Positions 1-8,787 of a DNA stretch of 64,000 bases are shown here, in pieces. Where the stretch lies: the NCBI GenBank assembly GCA_020847275.1, contig JADLCI010000001.1, forward strand, positions 2,540 to 66,539. Reading direction: 5' to 3'. Positions within the stretch are counted from its first letter, which is position 1, and each line of letters opens with the position of its first letter. The notes beneath the pieces are model-generated. The model saw only the letters and a program-made list of their open reading frames with translations. It was not told the DNA's origin and did no database searches. The position numbers and the translations under genes were made by a program. This DNA comes from Candidatus Nomurabacteria bacterium. GTDB taxonomy: Bacteria; Patescibacteriota; Minisyncoccia; Phycocordibacterales; JACOZG01.

Positions 1-975
1 CATGGCAACCTCCCTGTGGGCAACGAGTAATTCACGCAGAATTTCGGGCAAGCGCTCTGCCCTCTCGTGTGTGGCTAGACTTCTAATTGTTTTCACTTCA
101 TCTGTGCTCAAGTTCTTCAGCCACTCTTCCTGATTATTTTTATCCAAGCGCACCAGCAAGGCGAGCCTAATCTGGCGCAAGAGTAACCTGATCAGAGTTT
201 TAACATCTTGATTTTTCAGGCTACTCGCTCGGACTTTCTCGAGTGCTCGTTCTAAATTCTGATCCAGAATCGCGCCGGCCAGATCCCGCACCAGATGCGC
301 TGGCGGAGCGCCAGTTACCAGCTCGGCTTCGGCGAGAGTAATCTTGTTATCTGCGGAGGCACTCATTGCCTTCTGCAGGAGACCAACAGCGTCACGGAAG
401 GAACCATCGCCGAGAAGCGCAATTAATTCCGCCGCTTCGGTTTCTAATTTGAACTTTTCTGACTTTGCAATCTGAAGCAACAAGGTCTGGATTTCATTCT
501 GACTGGGCTTGCTGAAGGTGAAAGTCTGACAACGAGAAATAATCGTTTCCGGTACTTTATTCAACTCCGTGGTCGCAAAAATGAAGACAACATGCGCCGG
601 CGGCTCTTCCAATGTTTTCAGAAGCGCGTTCCAAGCATCGCGCGTGAGCATATGAACCTCGTCAATCAGGTAAACTTTCCGCGGAGAACGAAAGGGCATC
701 GTGCTTACGCCCTCTCGCAACATGCGAACCTCGTCAATGCCACGATTGGAGGCCCCATCGATTTCGTATAGATCCTCTGGCATCACCTCGAGCTCACTGG
801 CCAATATTCGAGCAACAGAAGTTTTCCCCGTACCCCGAGAGCCGGCGAATAAGTAAGCGTGGGAAACATTATTAATCCGTAATGCTCCCTCCAGCACCCT
901 GATCACCGACTCCTGGCCAATAACTTCGGAAAATTTGCTTGGTCGATATTTACGATAAAGGGCAAGTTCGGACAT
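1..975 (-). CDS. dnaX: DNA polymerase III subunit gamma/tau (runs off the window start)
   Basis: Manual translation from ATG 975: MSELALYRKYRP...GSRGTGKT...EIDGASNRGIDEVR...IDEVHML...NALLKTLEEPP...TIISRC; absent from the ORF track. Confidence 0.95.
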   Translation of the reverse strand, partial: MSELALYRKYRPSKFSEVIGQESVIRVLEGALRINNVSHAYLFAGSRGTGKTSVARILASELEVMPEDLYEIDGASNRGIDEVRMLREGVSTMPFRSPRKVYLIDEVHMLTRDAWNALLKTLEEPPAHVVFIFATTELNKVPETIISRCQTFTFSKPSQNEIQTLLLQIAKSEKFKLETEAAELIALLGDGSFRDAVGLLQKAMSASADNKITLAEAELVTGAPPAHLVRDLAGAILDQNLERALEKVRASSLKNQDVKTLIRLLLRQIRLALLVRLDKNNQEEWLKNLSTDEVKTIRSLATHERAERLPEILRELLVAHREVAM

Positions 976-1240
976 TTGCCCCCATTATATAGAAAAACGA
1001 GTATAAAAGAAGCCCGCCCCACATTACGTGGAACGGGCTTTCTTGCAGAAACGGCGTAAGTCGAACTAGGTCAAACCACACCCCTTTCTTTAGTTTGTGG
1101 CTACGAACCGTTCGTGGCCAGTGGTCGCCGTGGCTGATCAACCAGCGATCAGCTCGCCGTGCGCGCCGAGGTCAGCGATGATTGGTCTCAAAAAAAGAAT
1201 GAATCTCAGGCTCAAAACAACCACCATAATGAGTCTTCAT
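950..1240 (-). pseudogene. Orphan ORF interrupted by an in-frame TGA at 1172-1174 (or a 22-aa peptide gene)
   Basis: GGAAGGAG then ATG 1240; MKTHYGGCFEPEIHSFFETNHR*PRRARRADRW continues in frame into track ORF 950..1141. Confidence 0.4.
1005..1040 (-). terminator. Intrinsic terminator
   Basis: AAGCCCG...CGGGCTT hairpin followed by a T-run on the minus strand. Confidence 0.65.
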
Positions 1241-1333
1241 AAACGACTCCTTCCTGGTTCCCAAAGAACCAAGTGAAAAGAACTGCCCCCAGTGGCTCTG
1301 TCGAACCCTCGACAAACAAGCCAAACTGCGACC

Positions 1334-1361
1334 AGTATAGCAAGCCTCCAGAAATTGTCAA
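1334..1361 (-). promoter_or_regulatory. Sigma70 promoter of the orphan cassette
   Basis: TTGACA-16-TATACT with extended TG. Confidence 0.7.
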
Positions 1362-2311
1362 GCACCCCCCTCCTTCAGCCACGCCTCAATAATTGAGATC
1401 GCTTCCCCGGCAGTATTTGTATCCATCAGCCTTAGTCTAAGATCTTTATCTGAAACATAGGCCTTGAAATGCTTTTTCATCACCGCAAAGCTCTTAATCT
1501 GGCCAAGTAGTTCCCCGAAGAGTTCAATATGCCACGCTAGAATCTTCAGTTTTTCTGAAGAGCTCGGTAAATCTCTATTCTTTGCAAAAAGAAACGGATT
1601 GCCAAAAATTGCCCGACCCAACATTCCCCCATCAGCCCCACTGGCATTCACCCTTTCTCGCGCATCAGCTAAATCACGTAGATCTCCATTACCAATGATC
1701 AGGGTCTCGCTTTTTAGCTCATTCCTAATTTCTACTGCCCGACCCACTTCTTCCCAGCGCGCGTCCACCTTCGACATCTCCTCCCTCGTTCGAGCATGAA
1801 TTGTCACAACCGTGGGTTTCTCCGCCAAGAGCTCTGGCAACCATTCTTCCAGTTGACTATCCTCATAACCCAAGCGCGTTTTCACTGAAACGGGTAAATC
1901 GCCCGCACCACGCTTGGCGGCCCTAATTAGTTCTCTGGCCAATTTTGGATTCTTGATTAGGGCAGCCCCAGCACCCTGCTTCTCTACACTACGATCTGGA
2001 CAACCCATGTTGATATCGAGACCGTCGAAACCAAGTTCAGCCACCAGTCTAGCGGCCTGCTCCATTTTCTCCGGTTTACTGGTAAAAATTTGGGCCACGA
2101 TTGGTCTTTCTGGCTCGGTAAATTTCAAATCATTCAGCAACACCTCCCGACCGGGACTACACAAACCATCGGCCGAGACAAACTCTGTCCACAAAACATC
2201 CGGCTTCCCACACTTCGCGATCACTCGGCGAAAAGCCGCATCCGTCACATCGGCAAGCGGGGCGAGGACGAAAAAGGGTCGAGGTAAGCTAAACCAAAAG
2301 TTCTTGGACAT
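1358..2311 (-). CDS. dus: tRNA-dihydrouridine synthase (DusB/C family)
   Basis: LAPLADVTD, DINMGCP, SVKTRLG, HART, GNGD and GRAIFGNP motifs. Confidence 0.93.
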   Translation of the reverse strand: MSKNFWFSLPRPFFVLAPLADVTDAAFRRVIAKCGKPDVLWTEFVSADGLCSPGREVLLNDLKFTEPERPIVAQIFTSKPEKMEQAARLVAELGFDGLDINMGCPDRSVEKQGAGAALIKNPKLARELIRAAKRGAGDLPVSVKTRLGYEDSQLEEWLPELLAEKPTVVTIHARTREEMSKVDARWEEVGRAVEIRNELKSETLIIGNGDLRDLADARERVNASGADGGMLGRAIFGNPFLFAKNRDLPSSSEKLKILAWHIELFGELLGQIKSFAVMKKHFKAYVSDKDLRLRLMDTNTAGEAISIIEAWLKEGGA

Positions 2312-2312
2312 T

Positions 2313-3176
2313 CTAAGATTCTAGAAATTTATAAAAAACCTTGTCAGCAAATCGCGCATCTAGGTAGTCTAGCCGACGACCAGACTCGAGATTCTTTCGA
2401 TACTCTTTGACAAAGACCTCCGTACCGAGGGCCACTTTAAAATCGGCAAACAACTTTTCTGGATCAGAATTTAAGTTCAAGAAAACAACGGCATTGTTAG
2501 ACAGAAAGAATTTTAATTCCCCATCTAAACCCAGAGCAACCCGTTCTATTCCCAACCCCAAAACAGACTCAGCTAAAGCTTCCGCCAAGCCTGTTTTAAG
2601 ATCAATCAACTTTTTGAAATCCGTCTCAGCAAGTGGGCGACCACCAATCGGGGTTATCGGCAAAGCTCCCTCAATCACAAATAGTGGTCGACCCAAGAAT
2701 TCCGGTGCGGACGCAAAGGCAAGACCATGCTCATCTAAGAAAAAACAGTTGTCACCACCACCATCACACCAAAAATATTTAGCCTCCCGCTCACTGACAC
2801 TGATTGATAGGAGATTATCCTTCTGCGACACTTTTATCTCCTTAAGATCCGGCAGGGACTGCGACAGGGTGCTGATAATGGTCTCCCGCGGGTAAAAGAA
2901 AATGTTTTTTCGGGGGAGAAGACCAAAATAACTACCAGCCAGAATTTCAGCGGACAGATTTTCAATTTTCTCTGCCTTAGTTGGGCTTGCACCACTAATC
3001 CGAACCTCTTGCAACAGAAATTTGTCCCAATGAGCCAGCCAGAGTATCTCTCCGACAAAGACAAGGAGGAGTGTCAGACGAAAAATAAGTTTAAGTCGAT
3101 AGCGTCGTTTACGTTGAGCTTGCGCCTGCTTCAAAATCCCCGACCGACCAGTGATAATCTGTCGTGACATTGCCAT
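2313..3176 (-). CDS. FtsQ/DivIB-like protein (TM plus POTRA)
   Basis: Basic N-terminus, single TM, ISVSER, C-terminal YLDARFADKVFYK; start may be 3170. Confidence 0.7.
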   Translation of the reverse strand: MAMSRQIITGRSGILKQAQAQRKRRYRLKLIFRLTLLLVFVGEILWLAHWDKFLLQEVRISGASPTKAEKIENLSAEILAGSYFGLLPRKNIFFYPRETIISTLSQSLPDLKEIKVSQKDNLLSISVSEREAKYFWCDGGGDNCFFLDEHGLAFASAPEFLGRPLFVIEGALPITPIGGRPLAETDFKKLIDLKTGLAEALAESVLGLGIERVALGLDGELKFFLSNNAVVFLNLNSDPEKLFADFKVALGTEVFVKEYRKNLESGRRLDYLDARFADKVFYKFLES

Positions 3177-3177
3177 T

Positions 3178-5574
3178 CTATAAAATAATCAACTTGCCAC
3201 CCAAGAACTCGATCCGCGTCCCCGCTCCAACCTCACCACTAATTATTCTATCCGCAACAGCCTGCTCAACCTTATCCTGAATAAAGCGGGCCAATGGCCG
3301 AGCACCAAAAACTCGATTGGTTCCGGCGTCGGCCACACGATTAATCAGATCATCATTGAGTTGCAGCTCGATGCCCTGAGTCCTCAATCGGGCAACTAAG
3401 CGATTAAGAAGTAGACGAGCAACCTGAAATAGTTCCGCCCCGACCAGTGGATGGAAGATCACAATCTCATCGAAACGGTTGAGCAACTCCGGCCGGAAAA
3501 GTGACCGTTTGATAAGGTGGTTCACCAACTCATCCCGCGCGGTGCTTGGGTCACGCCCCGCCTCTACCATCTCCCAGATCATCTCGGCGGCGGCATTAGA
3601 GGTCGCGATAAAGATGATATTACGCGTATTGACTCGACGACCAAATGCATCAGAGAAAAACCCTTCGTCCAGAATCTGAAGAAACAAGTTAAGCACCTGC
3701 TGACTGGTCTTCTCAAACTCATCCAAAAGTAGAACCCCGTAAGGGTTCTGCCGTAGAAGATTAGCGAGTATCCCCTGTTTATTTTCGGCAAAAGAGCCAA
3801 TCAGACGATTCAAGGCATCATCTGATTGATATTCCGACATATCTAGCCGCAAAAGCGCCTCCTCGCGCCCGAAAAGTGTCCGCGCTAACGCCTTTGCTGT
3901 TTCCGTCTTACCGACGCCAGTTGGCCCCAAAAAAAGAAAACTGCCGATCGGGCGCCCGCGGTTCGCCGTACCCGCACGACTCCGACGAAGCGCCTGACTA
4001 ATTGCTCGTAAAGCCACCTCCTGGCCGATCACTTGATGTTGTAAATTTTGTTCCAAACTCAATAAAGATTCCCGTTCTAAAACAGAAACCGAACCAGCGG
4101 GGATCTTCGTTTTCTGACTGACAAAGGCCAAGACCTCTTCTCGCCCGATAATCTTCTCCCCACTACTCACCGCCCAAGGCACTAACTCCACCAATAAATC
4201 AAGGGCTCGGTCACTGATTGAATCTGTCTGGAAATATCGTCCAGCACTTTCAACCAAAGAAACAAGGGATTGGTAGGTAAAAAAGATTCCCAGCTTCTTT
4301 TCAAAATTTACCGCCACTTCCTCGAGAAAAATGATTAAACGCGACTGGTCGATTTCTGTCGCACGAATAACCTCGAAACGACGGGCTAATTCGGGCACAC
4401 CAGCAATTGACTGTTGATAGGAATCCGTGTCGACAAGAGCAATAATCGGTAAAATTGCCGCCCCAAGATACGGATCGAGAAGCGAGGTTAATTCGCTGCC
4501 AAGTCTCCGCGCGCCAGCAAGCAAAACAGCGAGATCATCAATTACCAAAATCGTATTACCCGACTTGGCGGCCTCATTCATGATCTGCAAAACTGTCTGC
4601 TCAAAAGTGCCGCGCTCTCGATGGTCAGCAATCAGCAGGGCGGCGTGGAGAAGAACCGGGCGGCGGTGTTCTAGGGCCGGCACTACGAAACCACTCTTAA
4701 TTTCATTCGCCAATTGCCAAATTATATCCATCTTTGACTCCCCTGCGGGCCCAACAATAAGCGCATTTGATTCTTGGCTACGCAGGAGGACATTCTCCAA
4801 CTGTCGAACCTCGTCGCGACGCACCGTGGCGGTCTGCCGAAAGCCACTTGATTGTGGTGCCAGCAATAAATCTTCACTGTAACGATCGAGGACAAAGGTC
4901 TGTCCGAAAGACCAATCCTTAGCCAAACCAGGAATTCTTCCCAAACTCTCACGACTCCACCAGCGCTCGGCAAGAGCCTTGCGCTCAATCTCACTCACCA
5001 CCCAAGCAACCGCGCCAACCAATTCCGGCTGATTGATCTCGTGGCGGAAAAGGAATTTGGCAAAATCTTCATTGTTGGAATAAATCCAGTCCGCCAACTT
5101 GGCCAAGGTTAGCGGTTCAGCGCCCGCGAGAGAGAGGGTGGGCAGATTCTTTTTCTGTGGTCGTGTCTGAAGAAAAGATCGGATCTCCGTATCCATCACC
5201 CCAAGACGTCTTAAAACCAAATTTCCCGTCTTGGATAACATAAAAGCCGTCAGAACATCCTCATCTTTATTTCTCAATCGATACAAAATACGCCCAACCG
5301 TAAAGGTGAAGAGATCCTCACGCCGATAACGATTAGTAATGATGCTAGAAAAATAATAAGAACGGAAAAAAACCTCAAGGAGGTGAAGCATCAGAATTGC
5401 CGTCGCGAGAATAAGCACCAATCCCAACCATCGAGAAGTCTGATCGAGAGACAAGAGCAATGCGAGTGTCATCACCTCCACTACCCAACGAAGAAATCGT
5501 CGGTCGCGACGGGAAATCAGGTTCTCCAAAACAAGAACTGGGTAAAGTCGACTAGATTTTATTCTTTCAAACAT
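3178..5574 (-). CDS. Membrane-anchored ClpA/B-family AAA+ ATPase
   Basis: N-terminal hydrophobic helices; NBD2 [22 protein letters not shown] and FRPELLNR intact; NBD1 degenerate. Confidence 0.85.
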   Translation of the reverse strand: MFERIKSSRLYPVLVLENLISRRDRRFLRWVVEVMTLALLLSLDQTSRWLGLVLILATAILMLHLLEVFFRSYYFSSIITNRYRREDLFTFTVGRILYRLRNKDEDVLTAFMLSKTGNLVLRRLGVMDTEIRSFLQTRPQKKNLPTLSLAGAEPLTLAKLADWIYSNNEDFAKFLFRHEINQPELVGAVAWVVSEIERKALAERWWSRESLGRIPGLAKDWSFGQTFVLDRYSEDLLLAPQSSGFRQTATVRRDEVRQLENVLLRSQESNALIVGPAGESKMDIIWQLANEIKSGFVVPALEHRRPVLLHAALLIADHRERGTFEQTVLQIMNEAAKSGNTILVIDDLAVLLAGARRLGSELTSLLDPYLGAAILPIIALVDTDSYQQSIAGVPELARRFEVIRATEIDQSRLIIFLEEVAVNFEKKLGIFFTYQSLVSLVESAGRYFQTDSISDRALDLLVELVPWAVSSGEKIIGREEVLAFVSQKTKIPAGSVSVLERESLLSLEQNLQHQVIGQEVALRAISQALRRSRAGTANRGRPIGSFLFLGPTGVGKTETAKALARTLFGREEALLRLDMSEYQSDDALNRLIGSFAENKQGILANLLRQNPYGVLLLDEFEKTSQQVLNLFLQILDEGFFSDAFGRRVNTRNIIFIATSNAAAEMIWEMVEAGRDPSTARDELVNHLIKRSLFRPELLNRFDEIVIFHPLVGAELFQVARLLLNRLVARLRTQGIELQLNDDLINRVADAGTNRVFGARPLARFIQDKVEQAVADRIISGEVGAGTRIEFLGGKLIIL

Positions 5575-5580
5575 GGTGCA

Positions 5581-5967
5581 TTATAATAAAAGCTTTATTC
5601 CCAAAAGAAGGCTCGCGACAACGATAAACGGCAAAGCAAACCAAACAATAAAAACAGCAAATCCTATCAACATTGAGATAAACAAAACAAATGTCCCGAA
5701 AACGACCAACAGAAAACGGATCAGGAAACCAATGAGACGCATAAATGTATTGATGAAGAAGCTTGCGAAAATTTCTGACAGATTAAAGCGACCAGGATAA
5801 GCCTCCCCCAGCCGTCTCCATGGAGAAAATAAAGTTTTCAGTAGTACGGGCAGAGAAAAGAAGTGGTAAATAAACCAGAGAAAGTCGCGGTAAATCCGGG
5901 AGAGGTCTCCCCAGGCAACCGTGTAATGCCAAACGAGATAATTAAATGGCAGAACCAAAATTGGCAT
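5581..5967 (-). CDS. Small membrane protein upstream of the Clp-like ATPase
   Basis: FFSLPVLLKTLFSPWRR followed by a long hydrophobic C-terminus; overlaps the serS end. Confidence 0.75.
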   Translation of the reverse strand: MPILVLPFNYLVWHYTVAWGDLSRIYRDFLWFIYHFFSLPVLLKTLFSPWRRLGEAYPGRFNLSEIFASFFINTFMRLIGFLIRFLLVVFGTFVLFISMLIGFAVFIVWFALPFIVVASLLLGIKLLL

Positions 5968-7201
5968 ATTGCTCTAGAACTGTTGGCAATTTAACCTTGC
6001 CATCAGCTTGCTGATAATTTTCCACCAAAGCGGCGATAATTCGTGGTGTTGCCATCGCCGTACAGTTGAGCGAGTGAGCAAAGTGAATCTTGCCATCGGT
6101 TCCACGATAGCGAATATTGAAACGTCTTGTCTGGAAATCGTGATAATAGGACGCACTAGACCCCTCGCGATAAGTTTTCTGACTTGGAAACCAGATCTCC
6201 GTGTCATACTGTTTTACCTTACTCAGTCCAAGATCACCGCCACAAATAAGAAGCCTTCGATAAGGCAACCCGAGTGACTCTAGAAATTCCTCATAATTAC
6301 GATTTAGCTCTTCGTGTATCCGGGCTGACTCAGTGTGATCAGCTTTGCATAAGATGAGTTGCTCTAGTTTAAAAAACTCATGGACCCGAATTAGACCCTT
6401 CACGTCCTTACCGTGACTCCCGGCCTCACGACGATAACACGGTGAGAAAGCAAGATAACGCTTCGGTAAATCTAACTCATCTAAAATTTCATCCCCATGA
6501 TAAGCCATCATGGGTACTTCGGCTGTCCCAGAGAGATAATCATCGTCCTGGGTCTTAAACAAATCTTCAGACTCTCTTGGAAGATGGCCCGTACCATAGA
6601 AATATTCTTTTTTTACAATTGCCGGAGCAATAAATGGCTGATAATCTTTCTGGCCAAAAAAAGCTCGCGCGGAGTTCCATAGCGCCCAAGAAAGTTCGGC
6701 CCCATCTCCACAAAGAAAGTAGCCCCGAAATCCGTGAACTTTTGTCCCCCTCTCGAAATCAACCCAGCCCAAATTCTGCATTAACTCAATGTGATCCTTA
6801 GGGGTGAAATCAAATTTAGGCTTCTCCCCCCAAGTGGCCACCTCCACATTCTCGCTTTCATCTTTCCCGTCTGGAACCGAAACATCTGGAACATTCGGCA
6901 CCTGAAGCATCAGTCTCTGCCAATCGATCACAATCTCCTTCAGATCCGCTTCGTCTGTTTTGAGCTTAGTCTTTAAATCACGTAACTTGGTTAGAATCTC
7001 TGCTTGACCAGAAATATCTGTCTTCGCCACCTCTTCTCCCAGTTTATTCTGTTCAGCCCGCTTAGACTCTACCTCCGCCAACAACTTCAAGCGTTTCTCG
7101 TCTAAGACCAACAATTCTTCCACATTAAAGTCCAGGTGCTTTTTCATCACCGCGCTTTTGACTAATTCCGCATTCTCTCGAATAAACTTGATGTCCAACA
7201 T
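5942..7201 (-). CDS. serS: Serine--tRNA ligase
   Basis: MLDIKFIREN, GTAEVP, CYRREAG, RVHEFFKLE, HSLNCTA. Confidence 0.97.
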   Translation of the reverse strand: MLDIKFIRENAELVKSAVMKKHLDFNVEELLVLDEKRLKLLAEVESKRAEQNKLGEEVAKTDISGQAEILTKLRDLKTKLKTDEADLKEIVIDWQRLMLQVPNVPDVSVPDGKDESENVEVATWGEKPKFDFTPKDHIELMQNLGWVDFERGTKVHGFRGYFLCGDGAELSWALWNSARAFFGQKDYQPFIAPAIVKKEYFYGTGHLPRESEDLFKTQDDDYLSGTAEVPMMAYHGDEILDELDLPKRYLAFSPCYRREAGSHGKDVKGLIRVHEFFKLEQLILCKADHTESARIHEELNRNYEEFLESLGLPYRRLLICGGDLGLSKVKQYDTEIWFPSQKTYREGSSASYYHDFQTRRFNIRYRGTDGKIHFAHSLNCTAMATPRIIAALVENYQQADGKVKLPTVLEQYANFGSAI

Positions 7202-7217
7202 ATGGCGGAATTATAAC

Positions 7218-7248
7218 AAAAAAAGCCCCGCGCGACAACGCGGGGCTT
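7218..7248 (-). terminator. Intrinsic terminator
   Basis: AAGCCCCGCG/CGCGGGGCTT stem followed by T7 on the minus strand. Confidence 0.8.
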
Positions 7249-7258
7249 GAGTCTCAAA

Positions 7259-7651
7259 TCAACCTTTTCTCTTCTTTCTTTTCTTTTTCTTGGGTCGGAC
7301 TTGATCACGGCGGAAATCCCGGAGAAACTGCTCAAGTCTTGCAAATTCTTCTTCCGAGAGAGCGTCGACAAAAACATCCTTGGTCCGCCTGGCACCAAGA
7401 ATCCGATCGTCAGGCCAACGCAAAATCGCAAACGTATCAACCCAACCATCCGGACAATTCCGGGCGAGACAACGGAGGTTCACGGCCAACAGACCCAAGG
7501 ATAACCCCATAGACTCCGCTCCATCGCCCGATTCCCCGTTCAGATTAAAACGATAGTATCTAACCCCATCACTTCCGACCCCAACGAACATAACGATTCT
7601 CGCCTGAACCCGCTCTGCCGTGTCCGATGAACCTCGAACGAATGAATCCAT
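7259..7651 (-). CDS. Orphan hypothetical protein with a polybasic C-terminus
   Basis: AAAGGAG SD before ATG 7651; has its own terminator. Confidence 0.65.
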   Translation of the reverse strand: MDSFVRGSSDTAERVQARIVMFVGVGSDGVRYYRFNLNGESGDGAESMGLSLGLLAVNLRCLARNCPDGWVDTFAILRWPDDRILGARRTKDVFVDALSEEEFARLEQFLRDFRRDQVRPKKKKRKKRKG

Positions 7652-7710
7652 ACCTATCTCCTTTGTAAAAGACAAGAAACTATCCAGGCTAATGATACAA
7701 TGTTGTTACC

Positions 7711-8577
7711 ATGTCTGCAATTAATCGTCTATCCCCAGACACTTTCCCGCCCCAACTCCGAGAAATACCCGAACCACCAAAAGAATTATACCTTGAGGGC
7801 GCTTGGCCAAGCCCAGAAAGCGTTCTTGTGACGATTGTCGGTTCACGCAAGTATTCCAATTATGGTCGAGAAGCCTGCGAAAAAATCATTAGCGAACTAT
7901 CTGGATATCCAATCGCCATTGTCTCTGGTCTGGCGATTGGCATTGATACAATTGCGCACAAGGCAGCGCTGGCGGCAAAACTCTATACACTCGCTGTTCC
8001 AGGTTCTGGCCTCGAACGCCGCGTGCTCCACCCGGCCTCCAACCGCCAGTTGGCTGACCAGATCCTAGAATCCGGTGGAGCACTCTTATCAGAATTTCCA
8101 CCGGAATACCCAGCCGGACTTCATACTTTTCCCCGACGCAATCGAATCATGGCTGGACTCGCCAATGCCGTTTTAATAATAGAGGCTGGTGAAAAGTCAG
8201 GCACACTTATCACCGCGCGACTGGCAACTGATTATAATCGTGATGTCTACGCTGTTCCTGGCTCTATTTTCTCTGCCGGTTCCGTTGGTACAAATAACCT
8301 AATCCGACAGGGCGCGACACCAATCATGAGCGGTGGTGACCTGCTTACAGCACTTGGATTTGAATTACCAAATGAGTCTGCGCAACAAAAACTAAACCTC
8401 GATGAACTCTCCGAACCGGAGAAGAAGATTTACGAAATCTTAAGCGTGGAATCAATGCACCGCGACGAGCTCATCCGTATTCTAGAATTACCAACCAGTG
8501 AAGCCAACTCTCTTCTCGGTATTATGGAAATTAAGGGAATTATCAAGGAAACGATGGGTGAGATTAGATTAAATTAA
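7711..8577 (+). CDS. dprA: DNA-processing protein DprA
   Basis: IVGSR, VSGLAIGIDTIAH, FPRRNRIMAGL, SGTLITA, C-terminal winged helix. Confidence 0.96.
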   Translation: MSAINRLSPDTFPPQLREIPEPPKELYLEGAWPSPESVLVTIVGSRKYSNYGREACEKIISELSGYPIAIVSGLAIGIDTIAHKAALAAKLYTLAVPGSGLERRVLHPASNRQLADQILESGGALLSEFPPEYPAGLHTFPRRNRIMAGLANAVLIIEAGEKSGTLITARLATDYNRDVYAVPGSIFSAGSVGTNNLIRQGATPIMSGGDLLTALGFELPNESAQQKLNLDELSEPEKKIYEILSVESMHRDELIRILELPTSEANSLLGIMEIKGIIKETMGEIRLN

Positions 8578-8717
8578 AAAACGGCTCAGGAAAGGAGGTC
8601 CTGAGCCGTGGTGCCGCGAACAAGTGCGTCAGCAATCGTGTCTTGGCCATCGCGGGGGTATCTAATCCCCGGAATCTACCTGTGACACGGCGCCACACAA
8701 ATTCAACGAACGACACC
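8576..8717 (-). ncRNA. Candidate structured sRNA carrying 16S-like motifs
   Basis: Promoter TTGCAA-17-TAGACT (8752-8724), nested helices, 11-bp terminator stem with T-run, no SD-led ORF. Confidence 0.55.
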
Positions 8718-8787
8718 AATACCAGTCTAACACAAGTAAGACAAATTTGCAAAATATGAGCATCCATAGTACTAATTAGCGAAACTT

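Noticed and set aside
1172-1174. UGA recoding (genetic code 25 or 4)
   Set aside because: TGA terminates normal genes here (dus, GH15, SPFH) and conserved genes have no internal TGA
1290-1330. tRNA fragment (GCAGTTTGG...GGTTCGA)
   Set aside because: No cloverleaf or acceptor stem; it folds as a simple hairpin
8564-8767. 67-aa ORF (or a 28-aa MAKTRLL peptide) in the dprA-topA gap
   Set aside because: The long form starts upstream of the promoter, both forms run through the terminator, and no SD is suitably placed; an ncRNA fits better
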